Of a stretch of 64,000 nt of DNA, positions 50,843 through 60,161 are shown piece by piece; position 1 is the stretch's first letter; the number at the start of each line of letters is the position of its first letter. The notes beneath the pieces are model-generated. The model saw only the letters and a program-made list of their open reading frames with translations, did not search any database and was not told the DNA's origin. Location: the NCBI GenBank assembly GCA_046704725.1, contig JBJKRI010000008.1:1-64000 (forward strand), given 5' to 3'. Both the position numbers and the translations under genes were made by a program. This DNA is from Candidatus Woesearchaeota archaeon. Lineage in GTDB: Archaea > Nanobdellota > Nanobdellia > Woesearchaeales > SKIA01.

Positions 50843-51265
50843 ATGGAGACAGTCTGGGTCATCCCTCTCGGCGTGGCGATCGCCGTGGCGTTCAGCCACA
50901 CCACGAAATCCATCACGCACTACGTCCGCGAGGGAAAGTGGTCATGGCGGACGTTGCTCTGGGATACCGGCGGGATGCCGTCGAGCCACAGCGCGACAGT
51001 CACGGCGCTCGCCACCTCGGTGCTCCTCATCCAAGGGTTCTCCGTGGCCTTCTGGATCGCGCTGCTGTTCGCTCTGGTCGTCATCAGGGACGCCTTCGGG
51101 GTGCGACGCAGCGTCTCGGACCAGGCGCACCTGCTCAACATCCTCACGAGCAGGATGAACATCGAGAAGAAGGTGAAGATCGTGCTCGGACACACGCCAT
51201 TGCAGGTCACGGCAGGCATGGCCGTCGGCGTCGGGGCGGCCTTGCTTTCGCAGCTCATCCTCTAA
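50843..51265 (+). CDS. Divergent PAP2 (DUF212) membrane protein
   Basis: GGMPSSHSA, DA.GVRR, GHTP.QV.AG. Confidence 0.9.
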   Translation: METVWVIPLGVAIAVAFSHTTKSITHYVREGKWSWRTLLWDTGGMPSSHSATVTALATSVLLIQGFSVAFWIALLFALVVIRDAFGVRRSVSDQAHLLNILTSRMNIEKKVKIVLGHTPLQVTAGMAVGVGAALLSQLIL

Positions 51266-51296
51266 GGTTTATAAGTGCGGAGGGGTTCCGAAGACT

Positions 51297-51385
51297 GCCT
51301 CCGTGGCTCAGTGGTAGAGCAGCTGCCTTGTACGTTCACGCCCAAGGAAAGCAGCAGGTCCCGCGTTCGAATCGCGGCGGGGGCT
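51297..51385 (+). tRNA. tRNA-Thr(TGT) with 17-nt intron at canonical 37/38 (51333-51349)
   Basis: GCCTCCG/CGGGGGC acceptor, T discriminator, GCTGC/GCAGC anticodon stem, TTCGAAT loop, TATA at 51268. Confidence 0.9.
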
Positions 51386-51387
51386 TC

Positions 51388-51834
51388 CTATCTCTCGGGG
51401 GAGACCCGCGGTCGCACAGTCCCGTACGGTGAGGCGGGGAACCAGACTGTGAAGTTGTTGTAGTAGTATGGGGATTCGCGGCCGTCGCGTTCGCAGACCG
51501 TGGCCTCGCTGAAGGCGAGGATGAAACCGCCCGCCGCGTATTGCTGGAAGACCCCGTCGCTTTCGGGCACCTGTGTCAGGTGATGGGTGCCGCCGCTGAA
51601 ACCATAGTCGCGCCAGCCCCATTCGTTATCGATACCGAACGGGTCCTGTGCCATTGGCTTGACGTAGCAGTATGTCGGGACGTTCGTCCAGGCCTCCAAG
51701 GCGATCTGCTGGCCCTGCACGATGGGCATGACGCTCTGGATACGCGGCCGGTGATGCGGGCCCTCGATGTCATAACAGCCCGCAAGGAGCGCCGCTAGCC
51801 CTGCCGCAGCCCCGACGCGCGCCGTCCACCCCAT
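51388..51834 (-). CDS. Hypothetical lipoprotein-like protein
   Basis: Hydrophobic leader with LAGC lipobox; stops 3 nt from the tRNA 3' end. Confidence 0.5.
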   Translation of the reverse strand: MGWTARVGAAAGLAALLAGCYDIEGPHHRPRIQSVMPIVQGQQIALEAWTNVPTYCYVKPMAQDPFGIDNEWGWRDYGFSGGTHHLTQVPESDGVFQQYAAGGFILAFSEATVCERDGRESPYYYNNFTVWFPASPYGTVRPRVSPER

Positions 51835-52811
51835 GCAGGGAGCATGCTTTCTTGGCTTTTATGGCTTTGCTCGAATGCCATGAGACAATGCAGGAGAGCG
51901 TTCGTCTCGGCCTTGTTCGGACGACGGTAATCCCCGTTCCTCAGGTCGGGACGATGGACGATCGTCTCCTCGCGGATGCGCTTGAGCACACGTCGCCAGC
52001 CCACGTCCACGACAGGTATCGGCGTGTTGAACGTCCGCACGCCGTACGCGCGCCTCGCCGCGAGCTCGGCGATACGGAGCACGAAGACGTCAGCGTGGGT
52101 GAGCGCGACGAGCAGTTCCGTGGTCCTTGATGTTCTGGGCGGGTCGGGCCTGACATATCCGTTGTTGTCCACGAGTACGTACTGCTTGCGATGCAGCCAC
52201 GGCGGAGAACCCGAATCGTACGAGAACACATCGCCTCTATCCACCGCTGCCTCGATTGTCGCCGCAAAGCCACCCAAGGATGCTGATGGGATGTTCTTCG
52301 CGATGATAGTGATATTTCCCCTGTGGGGCTTGAAGACGTCCAGGACGATGCCATCGGGTCCGGTGAAGCGATTCTTGTCCTTGGACTGCTCCTGGACCGC
52401 TCGTTTCAGCCAGCCCATGTCACGGGCCTCGGCGTCGATCACGTCGCTCGTATTGTAGAAATAGCGTTTCGCCCGTGAACCGATGATCGCGCCGACATAG
52501 CTGGCAGGAACCTCTCTTCCGCCGTCGTGGAGCGTGAGGCGAAGATGCTCCAATGGGGATTGCCGTTTGTCCCGGATGCGGCCGCCGGTGATCGCGCTGC
52601 GGAAGATCCCCCGGTCAACGCCCGGGTACCTGCCTGAAGGATGGGCGAAGCGATACGGTATCGCGTGCAATCCATGCGAGAAATACGTGGCGACCTTCAC
52701 GGCGAGTCCTTCCGCGTCGTCTGGAAACCCCTCGAACATGCCTTCTCGCTCGAGCTGCTCTTTTCGCTCGCGCATGCTGTCGATCAGGTATTTCGGCGCT
52801 TCGCGTCCCAT
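51795..52811 (-). CDS. Hypothetical protein (338 aa)
   Basis: Long ORF with plausible composition, divergent from adk; no motif recognised. Confidence 0.6.
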   Translation of the reverse strand: MGREAPKYLIDSMRERKEQLEREGMFEGFPDDAEGLAVKVATYFSHGLHAIPYRFAHPSGRYPGVDRGIFRSAITGGRIRDKRQSPLEHLRLTLHDGGREVPASYVGAIIGSRAKRYFYNTSDVIDAEARDMGWLKRAVQEQSKDKNRFTGPDGIVLDVFKPHRGNITIIAKNIPSASLGGFAATIEAAVDRGDVFSYDSGSPPWLHRKQYVLVDNNGYVRPDPPRTSRTTELLVALTHADVFVLRIAELAARRAYGVRTFNTPIPVVDVGWRRVLKRIREETIVHRPDLRNGDYRRPNKAETNALLHCLMAFEQSHKSQESMLPAWGGRRASGLRQG

Positions 52812-52886
52812 GCGAGCGGGAATACGCCTGGCTTCTTAGTCCTATCGCGCGCAACATATTTAAACGGCGCTCTGCGGGGCAAGAGC

Positions 52887-53510
52887 GTGAACATCACTTT
52901 TCTCGGGGCTCCTGGCAGCGGCAAGGGCACGCAGGGCACGCGCCTCGCGAAACGTCTGGGCATCCCGCACATCAGCACGGGAGACCTGCTCAGAGAGATC
53001 GCTGCTTCGGGCAGCGAGCTCGGAAAGGAGGTGGCTGCCATCATGGAGCGGGGAGACCTGGTCTCTGACGAGTTGCTCATGCGCGTGCTCAAGCAGCGCT
53101 TGGAGACCGCTGAGCACGCGAACGGATTCATCCTGGACGGCACGCCGCGCAACCTCGAGCAGGCGCGGCTCATAGAGGGGTTCGCGCCCATCGACCACGC
53201 GATCCTCGTTGATGTGCCCGATAGCGTCGTGGAGAAGCGCATCGGCGCGCGGCGCGTCTGCCCCAAGGACCATCGCGAGTACAACCTGCTCTTCAATCCC
53301 CCCAAGGACGACGGCGTGTGCGACGACTGCGGAACGGCGCTCGTGCAGCGGCATGACGACACGCCCGAAGGCGTGGCGCACCGGCTCGAGGTCTATCACT
53401 CGCTCACCGAACCAGTCATCGCGTTCTACGAGGAGAAGGGCTGCTTGCTGCGCGTGGACGGCGACCGGCCCATAGAGGATGTCGCGGCGGACATCAACGG
53501 ACAGTTCTAG
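52887..53510 (+). CDS. adk: Adenylate kinase (bacterial-type, lid with C..D/C..C)
   Basis: GAPGSGKGTQ, HISTGDLLR, GFILDG.PR, QR.DD; GTG start after the TATA at 52857. Confidence 0.95.
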   Translation: MNITFLGAPGSGKGTQGTRLAKRLGIPHISTGDLLREIAASGSELGKEVAAIMERGDLVSDELLMRVLKQRLETAEHANGFILDGTPRNLEQARLIEGFAPIDHAILVDVPDSVVEKRIGARRVCPKDHREYNLLFNPPKDDGVCDDCGTALVQRHDDTPEGVAHRLEVYHSLTEPVIAFYEEKGCLLRVDGDRPIEDVAADINGQF

Positions 53511-54433
53511 GATAGCCAGGCCGCCAGGCAGACGGTGGCGTAGCAGCCGGGACCGAGCGTGAGATGCACAGTGACGGTGTCGCCGTCGCGCTCTAGGCGT
53601 TTCTTGCGGATATCCATGCGTAGGGCGCGCAGCTCGCCTTCTTGGGTGAGGTGCGGCAGCGCCGTGATGCGGAAGTCCTGCATGCGCAGTCCCGCCTCGT
53701 CGAGGAGCGGGATGTACTGTTGTTCCCAGTCGCCGAGCGGCTGCGCAGCACCTGGAAGCGGCACCTGCAGGTCGGGCAGCTCTTTTGGGAAACGCAGCGT
53801 GCCGTGCCGCCATTTCGCTGTGTGCATAGAGCCGTGCTCGGCCACCCACGCCGAGACCGCCCGGTTCCACAGCCAGGACTGGACGGCGTGCAGGTACAAG
53901 AGCAGGATGCGCTGGTTGGCATGTTGAAGCGCCCGCAACGCCGAGGAAACGTCTTCCACAGGCTGTCCAGTGATTGTTGCGGCGACAGTCTTGTAGTCCT
54001 TCTTGAGCAATGCGAGCCCGAGCTCGACGTTATGCTCGGAGAAGCGCTGGTCACCGAAGTAGTTCGGGACGGCGACGTCGTGCACCCCTTTGACCTCGCG
54101 TGCGACAATCGTGAAGCGGTTCGCCTCGAGCTCGCCGAGATGGAGCGGTTCGTCCGTGAAACCGGCATGCTCGAGCGCGATGCCTTCGGGGGCGGATAGC
54201 TCCTTGGGAGCTGTGATGTATTGGCTTGTCACGGCGCGCTTGTCCTTGAGCCCGGCGTACCGGATGGCTCTTTGGGGCAGTCCGTTGCGGGACGCTAACC
54301 GCTGGACGAGCTCGGTCGTGGTCATATCGCGCTTTGTCGCGCGGTAGACGACGTATTTTCCCACGTCTTTCCAGATCCTAGACGGTGCTTCCTCCACACG
54401 GAAATCCTCGGGTTCGGTCTTGATTTTCACCAC
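53507..54433 (-). CDS. truD: tRNA pseudouridine(13) synthase
   Basis: EDFRVEE, AGLKDKRAVTSQ, NRFTI, PNYFGDQRF, G.YAT. Confidence 0.95.
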   Translation of the reverse strand: MVKIKTEPEDFRVEEAPSRIWKDVGKYVVYRATKRDMTTTELVQRLASRNGLPQRAIRYAGLKDKRAVTSQYITAPKELSAPEGIALEHAGFTDEPLHLGELEANRFTIVAREVKGVHDVAVPNYFGDQRFSEHNVELGLALLKKDYKTVAATITGQPVEDVSSALRALQHANQRILLLYLHAVQSWLWNRAVSAWVAEHGSMHTAKWRHGTLRFPKELPDLQVPLPGAAQPLGDWEQQYIPLLDEAGLRMQDFRITALPHLTQEGELRALRMDIRKKRLERDGDTVTVHLTLGPGCYATVCLAAWLS

Positions 54434-54535
54434 GGAGATGCGAAGAACGGCAGCTATTTAAGTAGCCATCGCGAACCTTATTCGGTGGAGCCGAACCAAT
54501 CTTTATATACACTTTCGTATAATAGTATACTTCCT

Positions 54536-55243
54536 ATGACGCGTTCCTGCGACATGCACGTGCACACGGTCTACTCGCACGACTGCAGCACGCCCCTGCT
54601 CGCCCTCAAGCACCTGGCACGAAAACACGACCTAATCGTCGCTATCACCGACCACAACCAGATCGGCGGCTCGCTCGCGGCAAGCGCACTGGGCATGGAC
54701 GTGATACCAGCCATAGAGGTCACGACCAAGCGGCTCAAGGACTTCCTCGTCTACTTCCACGACCAGGACAACCTCATCGACTTCTACGACCGCTACGTAC
54801 GGCCAGCAAAAGACCCTGGCATTATCTGGGGGAGCAGAACCACGCTCAGCGAGCACGAGCTGCTCGACGCCGCACGGCACTATGACAGCATGGTCAGCCT
54901 CGCGCACCCCTACTGCCCCGTGCCCAAGCGCAGCGCACACCTACCCCTCGACATGCTCGAACGCCTCGACGGAATCGAGGTCATGAACTTCGCGATGAGC
55001 CCGCGCGCGAACCTACGGGCGGCGACGCTCTGCGACGACCTGCGGAAGATACACACGGCGGGATCGGACAGCCACCATCCCGACACCTTCGGCATGGTGC
55101 TCACGCGGGCGGACGGCGAGACTCCCTCGGAATTCCTCTCGAACGTCCGGAAAGGGAACTCCATGATCGTGGGCATGCCGCGGCGCACGCGCGACGTCGT
55201 GGACAAGGTCCGGCAGTTCGTCAGCTACAAGATGTCGAACTGA
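54536..55243 (+). CDS. PHP-domain phosphoesterase
   Basis: DMHVHT..S.D, ITDHN, AHP, E..N, GSDSH. Confidence 0.9.
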   Translation: MTRSCDMHVHTVYSHDCSTPLLALKHLARKHDLIVAITDHNQIGGSLAASALGMDVIPAIEVTTKRLKDFLVYFHDQDNLIDFYDRYVRPAKDPGIIWGSRTTLSEHELLDAARHYDSMVSLAHPYCPVPKRSAHLPLDMLERLDGIEVMNFAMSPRANLRAATLCDDLRKIHTAGSDSHHPDTFGMVLTRADGETPSEFLSNVRKGNSMIVGMPRRTRDVVDKVRQFVSYKMSN

Positions 55244-55286
55244 AATCAAGCGACAGCAATAAAAGCCACTGCATTGTGGCACGCGT

Positions 55287-56480
55287 ATGGATATCAAGGA
55301 GAGCGCCGTCAGGCTGCACGAACGCCACCAAGGAAAGCTCGGGACGACGACGCTCGTGCCCCTGAAGACGCGCCGCGACCTGTCGCTCGCGTACACGCCA
55401 GGCGTGGCCGAGCCGTGCCTGCGCATCGCCAAAGACAAGAGCCTCGCCTATGACTATACTCTGAAAGGGCGGACGGTCGCTGTAGTGACGGACGGAAGCG
55501 CAGTCCTCGGCCTGGGGAACATCGGCCCGGAAGCGAGCCTGCCAGTCATGGAAGGCAAGTGCGCGCTCCTCAAGGAATTCGCCGGCGTGGACGCCGTGCC
55601 CATCGCGCTCTCCACACAGGACCCTGACGCCATCATCGAGACCGTCGAACGCCTCGCGCCGACGTTCGGCGCGATCATCCTCGAGGACATCAGCGCGCCG
55701 CGCTGCTTCACCATCGAGAAGGAGCTCAAGAAACGCCTGGACATCCCGGTCTTCCACGACGACCAGCACGGCACGGCAATCGTCGTGGCAGCCGCGCTGC
55801 GCAACGCGCTGAAAGTGGTGGGAAAGCGCTTCTCGGACGTACGCATCGTCATCAACGGCGCGGGAGCGGCGGCACAAGCCATCACGCGCATCCTCTGCGG
55901 AGGAGTCTGCCCGAACGTCATCCTCGTTGACCGCACCGGAGCCATCTACAATGGAAGGGAGAAGCTCGATGAGCACAAGCGAGCCATCGCGAGAAAGACG
56001 AACCCCGAACGACGCAAAGGAAAGCTGTCGGACGTCATCGAAGACGCCGACGTCTTCATCGGCGTATCCGCGCCCAACGTGCTCACGAAAGAGATGGTGG
56101 AGCGCATGGCGGACAACCCCATCGTCTTCGCGCTCGCAAACCCCGACCCCGAGATCGATCCCGCCCAGGCCGCGGCCGCCGGGGCGGCGGTCATCGCGAC
56201 AGGACGGAGTGACCACCCGAACCAGATCAACAATGTATTGGCATTCCCGGGAATCATGCGCGGTGCATTGCAGGTGCGCGCGACATCCATCACCGAAGGC
56301 ATGAAGCAGGCGGCGGTGGACGCGATCGCATCGCTCGTGGAGCCCACGACTGATCGCATCGTGCCAGACCCGTTCGACGCCCGCGTCGCGCCAGCCGTGG
56401 CCAAAGCCGTGGCGAAGGCCGCGAAAGAAGACGGTGTGGACCGGGCCCGGGGGGATTCGAACCCCCGACCTACAGCTTAG
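55287..56480 (+). CDS. NAD(P)-dependent malic enzyme
   Basis: AYTPGVA, VTDGSAVLGLGNIG, PVMEGK, EDISAP, FHDDQHGTA, NGAGAA, ANPDPEI, TGRSD.PNQINN. Confidence 0.95.
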   Translation: MDIKESAVRLHERHQGKLGTTTLVPLKTRRDLSLAYTPGVAEPCLRIAKDKSLAYDYTLKGRTVAVVTDGSAVLGLGNIGPEASLPVMEGKCALLKEFAGVDAVPIALSTQDPDAIIETVERLAPTFGAIILEDISAPRCFTIEKELKKRLDIPVFHDDQHGTAIVVAAALRNALKVVGKRFSDVRIVINGAGAAAQAITRILCGGVCPNVILVDRTGAIYNGREKLDEHKRAIARKTNPERRKGKLSDVIEDADVFIGVSAPNVLTKEMVERMADNPIVFALANPDPEIDPAQAAAAGAAVIATGRSDHPNQINNVLAFPGIMRGALQVRATSITEGMKQAAVDAIASLVEPTTDRIVPDPFDARVAPAVAKAVAKAAKEDGVDRARGDSNPRPTA

Positions 56481-56545
56481 GAGGCTTTAGCGGAGAAGCC
56501 TGCTATCGGTTCCCTGTCGCTCCATCCAGACTGAGCTACGGGCCC
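56442..56545 (-). tRNA. tRNA-Arg(CCT) with 29-nt intron in the anticodon stem (29/30 or 30/31; about 56485-56513)
   Basis: GGGCCCG/CGGGCCC acceptor, D arm GCTC/GAGC, ACAG|C-CT-CCT-AA-GCTGT after removing the insert, GGGGG-TTCGAAT-CCCCC. Confidence 0.85.
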
Positions 56546-57471
56546 AACAACGCCAGCAATTCGTTTGCTCGACGCCTCTTATCGGGATGTGCGAGCGGAA
56601 AGGTCCTTAAAAAGGTTCGTATAGCATCGTGGCGCCGAATCTGCAAATCCCAAGTCACTGACACTGTATCCGTGGTCGGCGACTTCGCGACGCGGCAGTG
56701 CGGTTTGTACGCGTGCACCTCATATGCCTTGAGCAGTTCTCGCAATCTCATGATGAATTCCTCATCCTTGGATGTGAAATCGACGAAGTGCTGTCGGCAG
56801 TGAAACGGATCTTTCGGTAATGTGCCGTCCGCGTCGACGAGACCGGCGAAGTACCAAGGAAAAAGTGCAGGATGTTTTTCGATGAGATCAAGGATTCGCA
56901 AACGATGTTTTCTTCCCTGCGCAAAACCAAAAATGTGGTGGAAATACTCGTTGAGCGCTTTGCTCCCGACTGCAAGAACATGCTTTGGCTTGGTGCAGAG
57001 CGCTCCCTGAGATGCACGGTGAATTCCCCTGATTCCGAAGAGCTCGTGGCAGAGGTCATCCATGAGAAGCATTTGCGATTCGTATTCATCCACGAATGCG
57101 ATGCGTTTCTTGTTACGCTCGCAGCATCCATCGCCTTGCATATACCTGATAAAATACGCCAGTTTCGGGGTAAGAACAAACGGCAAGCGCACCTCCTTCC
57201 AACGATAGAAGAATAGCACATCCAGGGATTGAAGGTCCGAAACCAGACCTGGAACCTTCCTGTGAAGCGTTTTTATAACGAACAGCGGGTATCGCTTCCT
57301 CCGCATGTATCTGTTTATGGTCTGCCCTGATATTCCTATCTCGTTAGCCGAAAGAGGGTGCGCAAGCAGTGATTCGTTGACCCGCTCGCAGGGGACCTTG
57401 ATGGTCATCCGATCGGGGAGTCGGAGGATCACGTCCGGGATGGCGATTCGGGGCTCCGAAGGGAATATCAC
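56536..57471 (-). CDS. Free-standing double-motif LAGLIDADG homing-endonuclease-like protein with N-terminal HTH-like segment
   Basis: LAYFIRYMQGDG and YFAGLVDADG motifs; visibly lower GC than flanks; stop codon lies inside the tRNA 5' end. Confidence 0.85.
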   Translation of the reverse strand: MIFPSEPRIAIPDVILRLPDRMTIKVPCERVNESLLAHPLSANEIGISGQTINRYMRRKRYPLFVIKTLHRKVPGLVSDLQSLDVLFFYRWKEVRLPFVLTPKLAYFIRYMQGDGCCERNKKRIAFVDEYESQMLLMDDLCHELFGIRGIHRASQGALCTKPKHVLAVGSKALNEYFHHIFGFAQGRKHRLRILDLIEKHPALFPWYFAGLVDADGTLPKDPFHCRQHFVDFTSKDEEFIMRLRELLKAYEVHAYKPHCRVAKSPTTDTVSVTWDLQIRRHDAIRTFLRTFPLAHPDKRRRANELLALLGP

Positions 57472-57575
57472 CTACTTTAGATTTCTTCAATCCGTATTAA
57501 GCGCGGTGCTGGAGGCTGTCCAGTGCGATTTTTAAAAGGGAATGGTTTTTAAGAAGGCGCAGCGCCCTTACGAGA

Positions 57576-58559
57576 ATGAAGAAAGGCCTGTTGCTTGTCG
57601 CAGGACTCCTCGTCGGCGCCGCACTGCTCATCGGCGTCTTCTTCACGTTCCCGTTCAAGGACCTGCTCACGCTCCTGCTCGGCCTGCGGCTGCGCTATAT
57701 CTTCTTGTACCTCATCGTGAGCTTCGGCATCTTCTTGCTCCTCGTGCTGCGCTGGCACGTCATCTGCAGGAGCCACGGACTGCGCATTCCGTGGTGGCAC
57801 CTGGTCGGCTACCGCTATGTCGGGCACGCGATCAGCTTCATCACGCCAGGACCCAAAGTAGGCGGCGAGCCCGCGCGAGCCGCGCTCATGAAACGCGACG
57901 ACGTGAAACTGACCGTCGCGTTCAGCACCGTCATCGCCGACAAGACCATCGAACTCACGAGCTTCGGGCTCATGTTCGTGTTCGCCCTCGGATTCGCGCT
58001 GTTCACGCTCGACCTCTCGTTCCCCATAGAAGCCGGACTCGGGACCGCGTGCCTGATCGTGCTGGTCGTGATCAGCTACGGATTCATCGAGATGGCGCGC
58101 GGACGCGACCCCGTCATGCGACTGTTCCGCCTCCTGCGGCTGCACAAGATCAAGTGGCTGCGCCGCTACGAGAAAGAACTACGCGATTTCGAGAAGAACA
58201 TCCACGGATTCTACGGCGACAACAAGAAAGCGTTCTGGCTCGCGCAAGGAGTGAGCGCGCTCGCCTGGACAGCGTCGCTGCTCGAGTATCGGCTGTTGCT
58301 GCTCGCGCTGGGATTCACGGCGAGCTTCGCGCAGATATTCGTCATCTACAGCGTGGTCGGAGCGGCGTACACCCTGCCGGTACCGCTCGCGCTCGGGACG
58401 CTCGAAGCCTCGGAAGCGAGCGTGTTCTCCGCGCTCGACTTCCCAGCGGCGGCCGGAGCGGCATTGGCGCTCATCACGCGGGCGCGCGACCTGCTCTGGA
58501 CGCTCGTCGGTTTCGTGCTCATGGGCTATTACCGGATGGGATTCGGGGGAAAGAAGTGA
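57576..58559 (+). CDS. Flippase-like membrane protein (lysylphosphatidylglycerol synthase TM/UPF0104 family)
   Basis: Multi-TM; RW, ITPG..GGEP, P..LGT.E motifs. Confidence 0.85.
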   Translation: MKKGLLLVAGLLVGAALLIGVFFTFPFKDLLTLLLGLRLRYIFLYLIVSFGIFLLLVLRWHVICRSHGLRIPWWHLVGYRYVGHAISFITPGPKVGGEPARAALMKRDDVKLTVAFSTVIADKTIELTSFGLMFVFALGFALFTLDLSFPIEAGLGTACLIVLVVISYGFIEMARGRDPVMRLFRLLRLHKIKWLRRYEKELRDFEKNIHGFYGDNKKAFWLAQGVSALAWTASLLEYRLLLLALGFTASFAQIFVIYSVVGAAYTLPVPLALGTLEASEASVFSALDFPAAAGAALALITRARDLLWTLVGFVLMGYYRMGFGGKK

Positions 58560-59647
58560 CAGGGGCTCTGAGGCTTTCCGACGCCTCGAAGAGAGTCATC
58601 AAAAAATGCATGTTCCCTGATGGGATGTACGCGGGGGCCACGCACTTCAAGGACTTGTGGGCACGCGACGCACTGTACGCGAGCTGGGGCGCATTGGCCG
58701 TCGATGAGACGCAGCCCGTGCTGCACACGCTCCAGACGCTCGAGAAACACCAGAAGGACGGCCAGATACCGCTGCGCGTGGGACGTAAGTCCGAACTCGC
58801 CATCTTCTTGGGACTGCCGTCGTCCAAAGGAGCGGTCTACAAGAACGACAAGACCGCGGACCCCGCGCTGGACCCGAACTCTTTGTACGTCATCACCGCA
58901 GAACGCTACACGGACGCCACCGGCAAGAGCGCGGTATCTGCAAAGAGCATTGAACAGGCGATGGAATGGCTCGCAAACCAAGACACGGACAATGACTCGC
59001 TGCTCGAGGAAGGGTCATACGCCTCATGGGATGATTGCCTCAAGAAACGCGGCGCGAGCATCTACAACAACGCGTGCTACTACGGTGCGCTGCGGGCAGC
59101 GGCAAAACTGACGGGGAACGCGACGTACATTAAGACTGCCAAGAAGGTCCGGAAGGCAGCGAACGAAGTCTTGTGGAACGGTTCGTCGTACGACAGCTGG
59201 AAAGGACGCCATATCCTGGACGTGGCGGGGAACCTGCTCGCCATCGAGTACGGCATGACAAACGCGACGCAGACGAACAGCATCTTGTCATCCATCGCGA
59301 AAGACATGGAGGCGTCGGGAGACGCGCTGCCGCGCACGAACTACCCCGCCTATCCGTGGACGGACGTGTACTTCCCCTTCTACCTCGTGGGGATGGGGGA
59401 TTACCACAACAACGGGCCGTACTGGACGTGGATCGCCGCCCTGGACGCGAAGGAGCGATTGACGCATGGCGATGCCGCACAAGGGGAGAAGGAGCTGCAG
59501 ACGTTGGGCGCTTGGGTGAACAAGACAGGCGTCATCGAGCTGTACAGCGCCCCCGAGAAACCGCTCCATCGATTGTTCTACAGCAGCGAGACGGACTTCA
59601 CCTGGGGCGCGGGGATGATACTCTACGCTACAACGGATCGTCCTTGA
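58556..59647 (+). CDS. Six-hairpin glycosidase (amylo-alpha-1,6-glucosidase/invertase-like)
   Basis: GTGA overlap; LWARD, GQIP, W.D, YHN.G.W.W, E, F.W.A. Confidence 0.75.
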   Translation: MTGALRLSDASKRVIKKCMFPDGMYAGATHFKDLWARDALYASWGALAVDETQPVLHTLQTLEKHQKDGQIPLRVGRKSELAIFLGLPSSKGAVYKNDKTADPALDPNSLYVITAERYTDATGKSAVSAKSIEQAMEWLANQDTDNDSLLEEGSYASWDDCLKKRGASIYNNACYYGALRAAAKLTGNATYIKTAKKVRKAANEVLWNGSSYDSWKGRHILDVAGNLLAIEYGMTNATQTNSILSSIAKDMEASGDALPRTNYPAYPWTDVYFPFYLVGMGDYHNNGPYWTWIAALDAKERLTHGDAAQGEKELQTLGAWVNKTGVIELYSAPEKPLHRLFYSSETDFTWGAGMILYATTDRP

Positions 59648-60161
59648 GATGCAAGAGATAGCCGAGGCGCTGGACGACTATCGTCAGGACGAACACCACG
59701 GCGATGGCGATGAGCACCCCGAGCCAATCCGACAGCCAGAGCGGGATAGTGACAAGCGCCGCCATGAGAAGGAAATCCACCTGGTCCCAGAAGAACAATG
59801 ACTTTCCCGGAGCGATGCCGAGCTGGCGCTTGACCGCGCTCTCCAAGGCGTCGCCGAACAATGCGGCGTACGCCATGAGCGTCCCCAAGAGGACGGAGAA
59901 CAAGCCGTAATCGATGAGCGCGAAGGACGTGAAGCCCGCGCCGAACAGCGCCTGCTGCGCCCAGAAGGCAAGAGTACCGGTGATTGTGCCAGCGAGCAGG
60001 CCGCGCCAAGTCTTGTGGCCGCCGAGCAAACGCTTCCCGCGCACCTTCAGTCCAAGATCGATGGGACTGGAGAGGAACGGGATGCGACGAACGAAGACAG
60101 GGGTCATGTTGGCGATATAGGCGGGGATGAAGAAATAGAGCGGAGAGAGCACATCGATCAT
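59628..60161 (-). CDS. carS: CDP-archaeol synthase
   Basis: PAYIANMTP, PID.G, G.HKTWRG, GD..ES..KRQ.G..PG, DQ.DF. Confidence 0.9.
   Translation of the reverse strand: MIDVLSPLYFFIPAYIANMTPVFVRRIPFLSSPIDLGLKVRGKRLLGGHKTWRGLLAGTITGTLAFWAQQALFGAGFTSFALIDYGLFSVLLGTLMAYAALFGDALESAVKRQLGIAPGKSLFFWDQVDFLLMAALVTIPLWLSDWLGVLIAIAVVFVLTIVVQRLGYLLHLKDDPL

Noticed and set aside
51297-56545. Integrated element bounded by the two tRNAs
   Set aside because: The interval holds housekeeping genes (adk, truD, malic enzyme), with no integrase and no duplicated tRNA 3' end.
56536-57471. Intein or intron-encoded endonuclease
   Set aside because: No intein splicing termini or host extein, and the ORF lies outside the 29-nt tRNA intron.
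57542-59647. 701-aa ORF as listed in the track
   Set aside because: Its N-terminal half is an off-frame overlap of the flippase-like gene; the real start is GTG 58556. Similar over-extensions were trimmed for 38207, 41016, 49336, 52641, 60332 and 62107.
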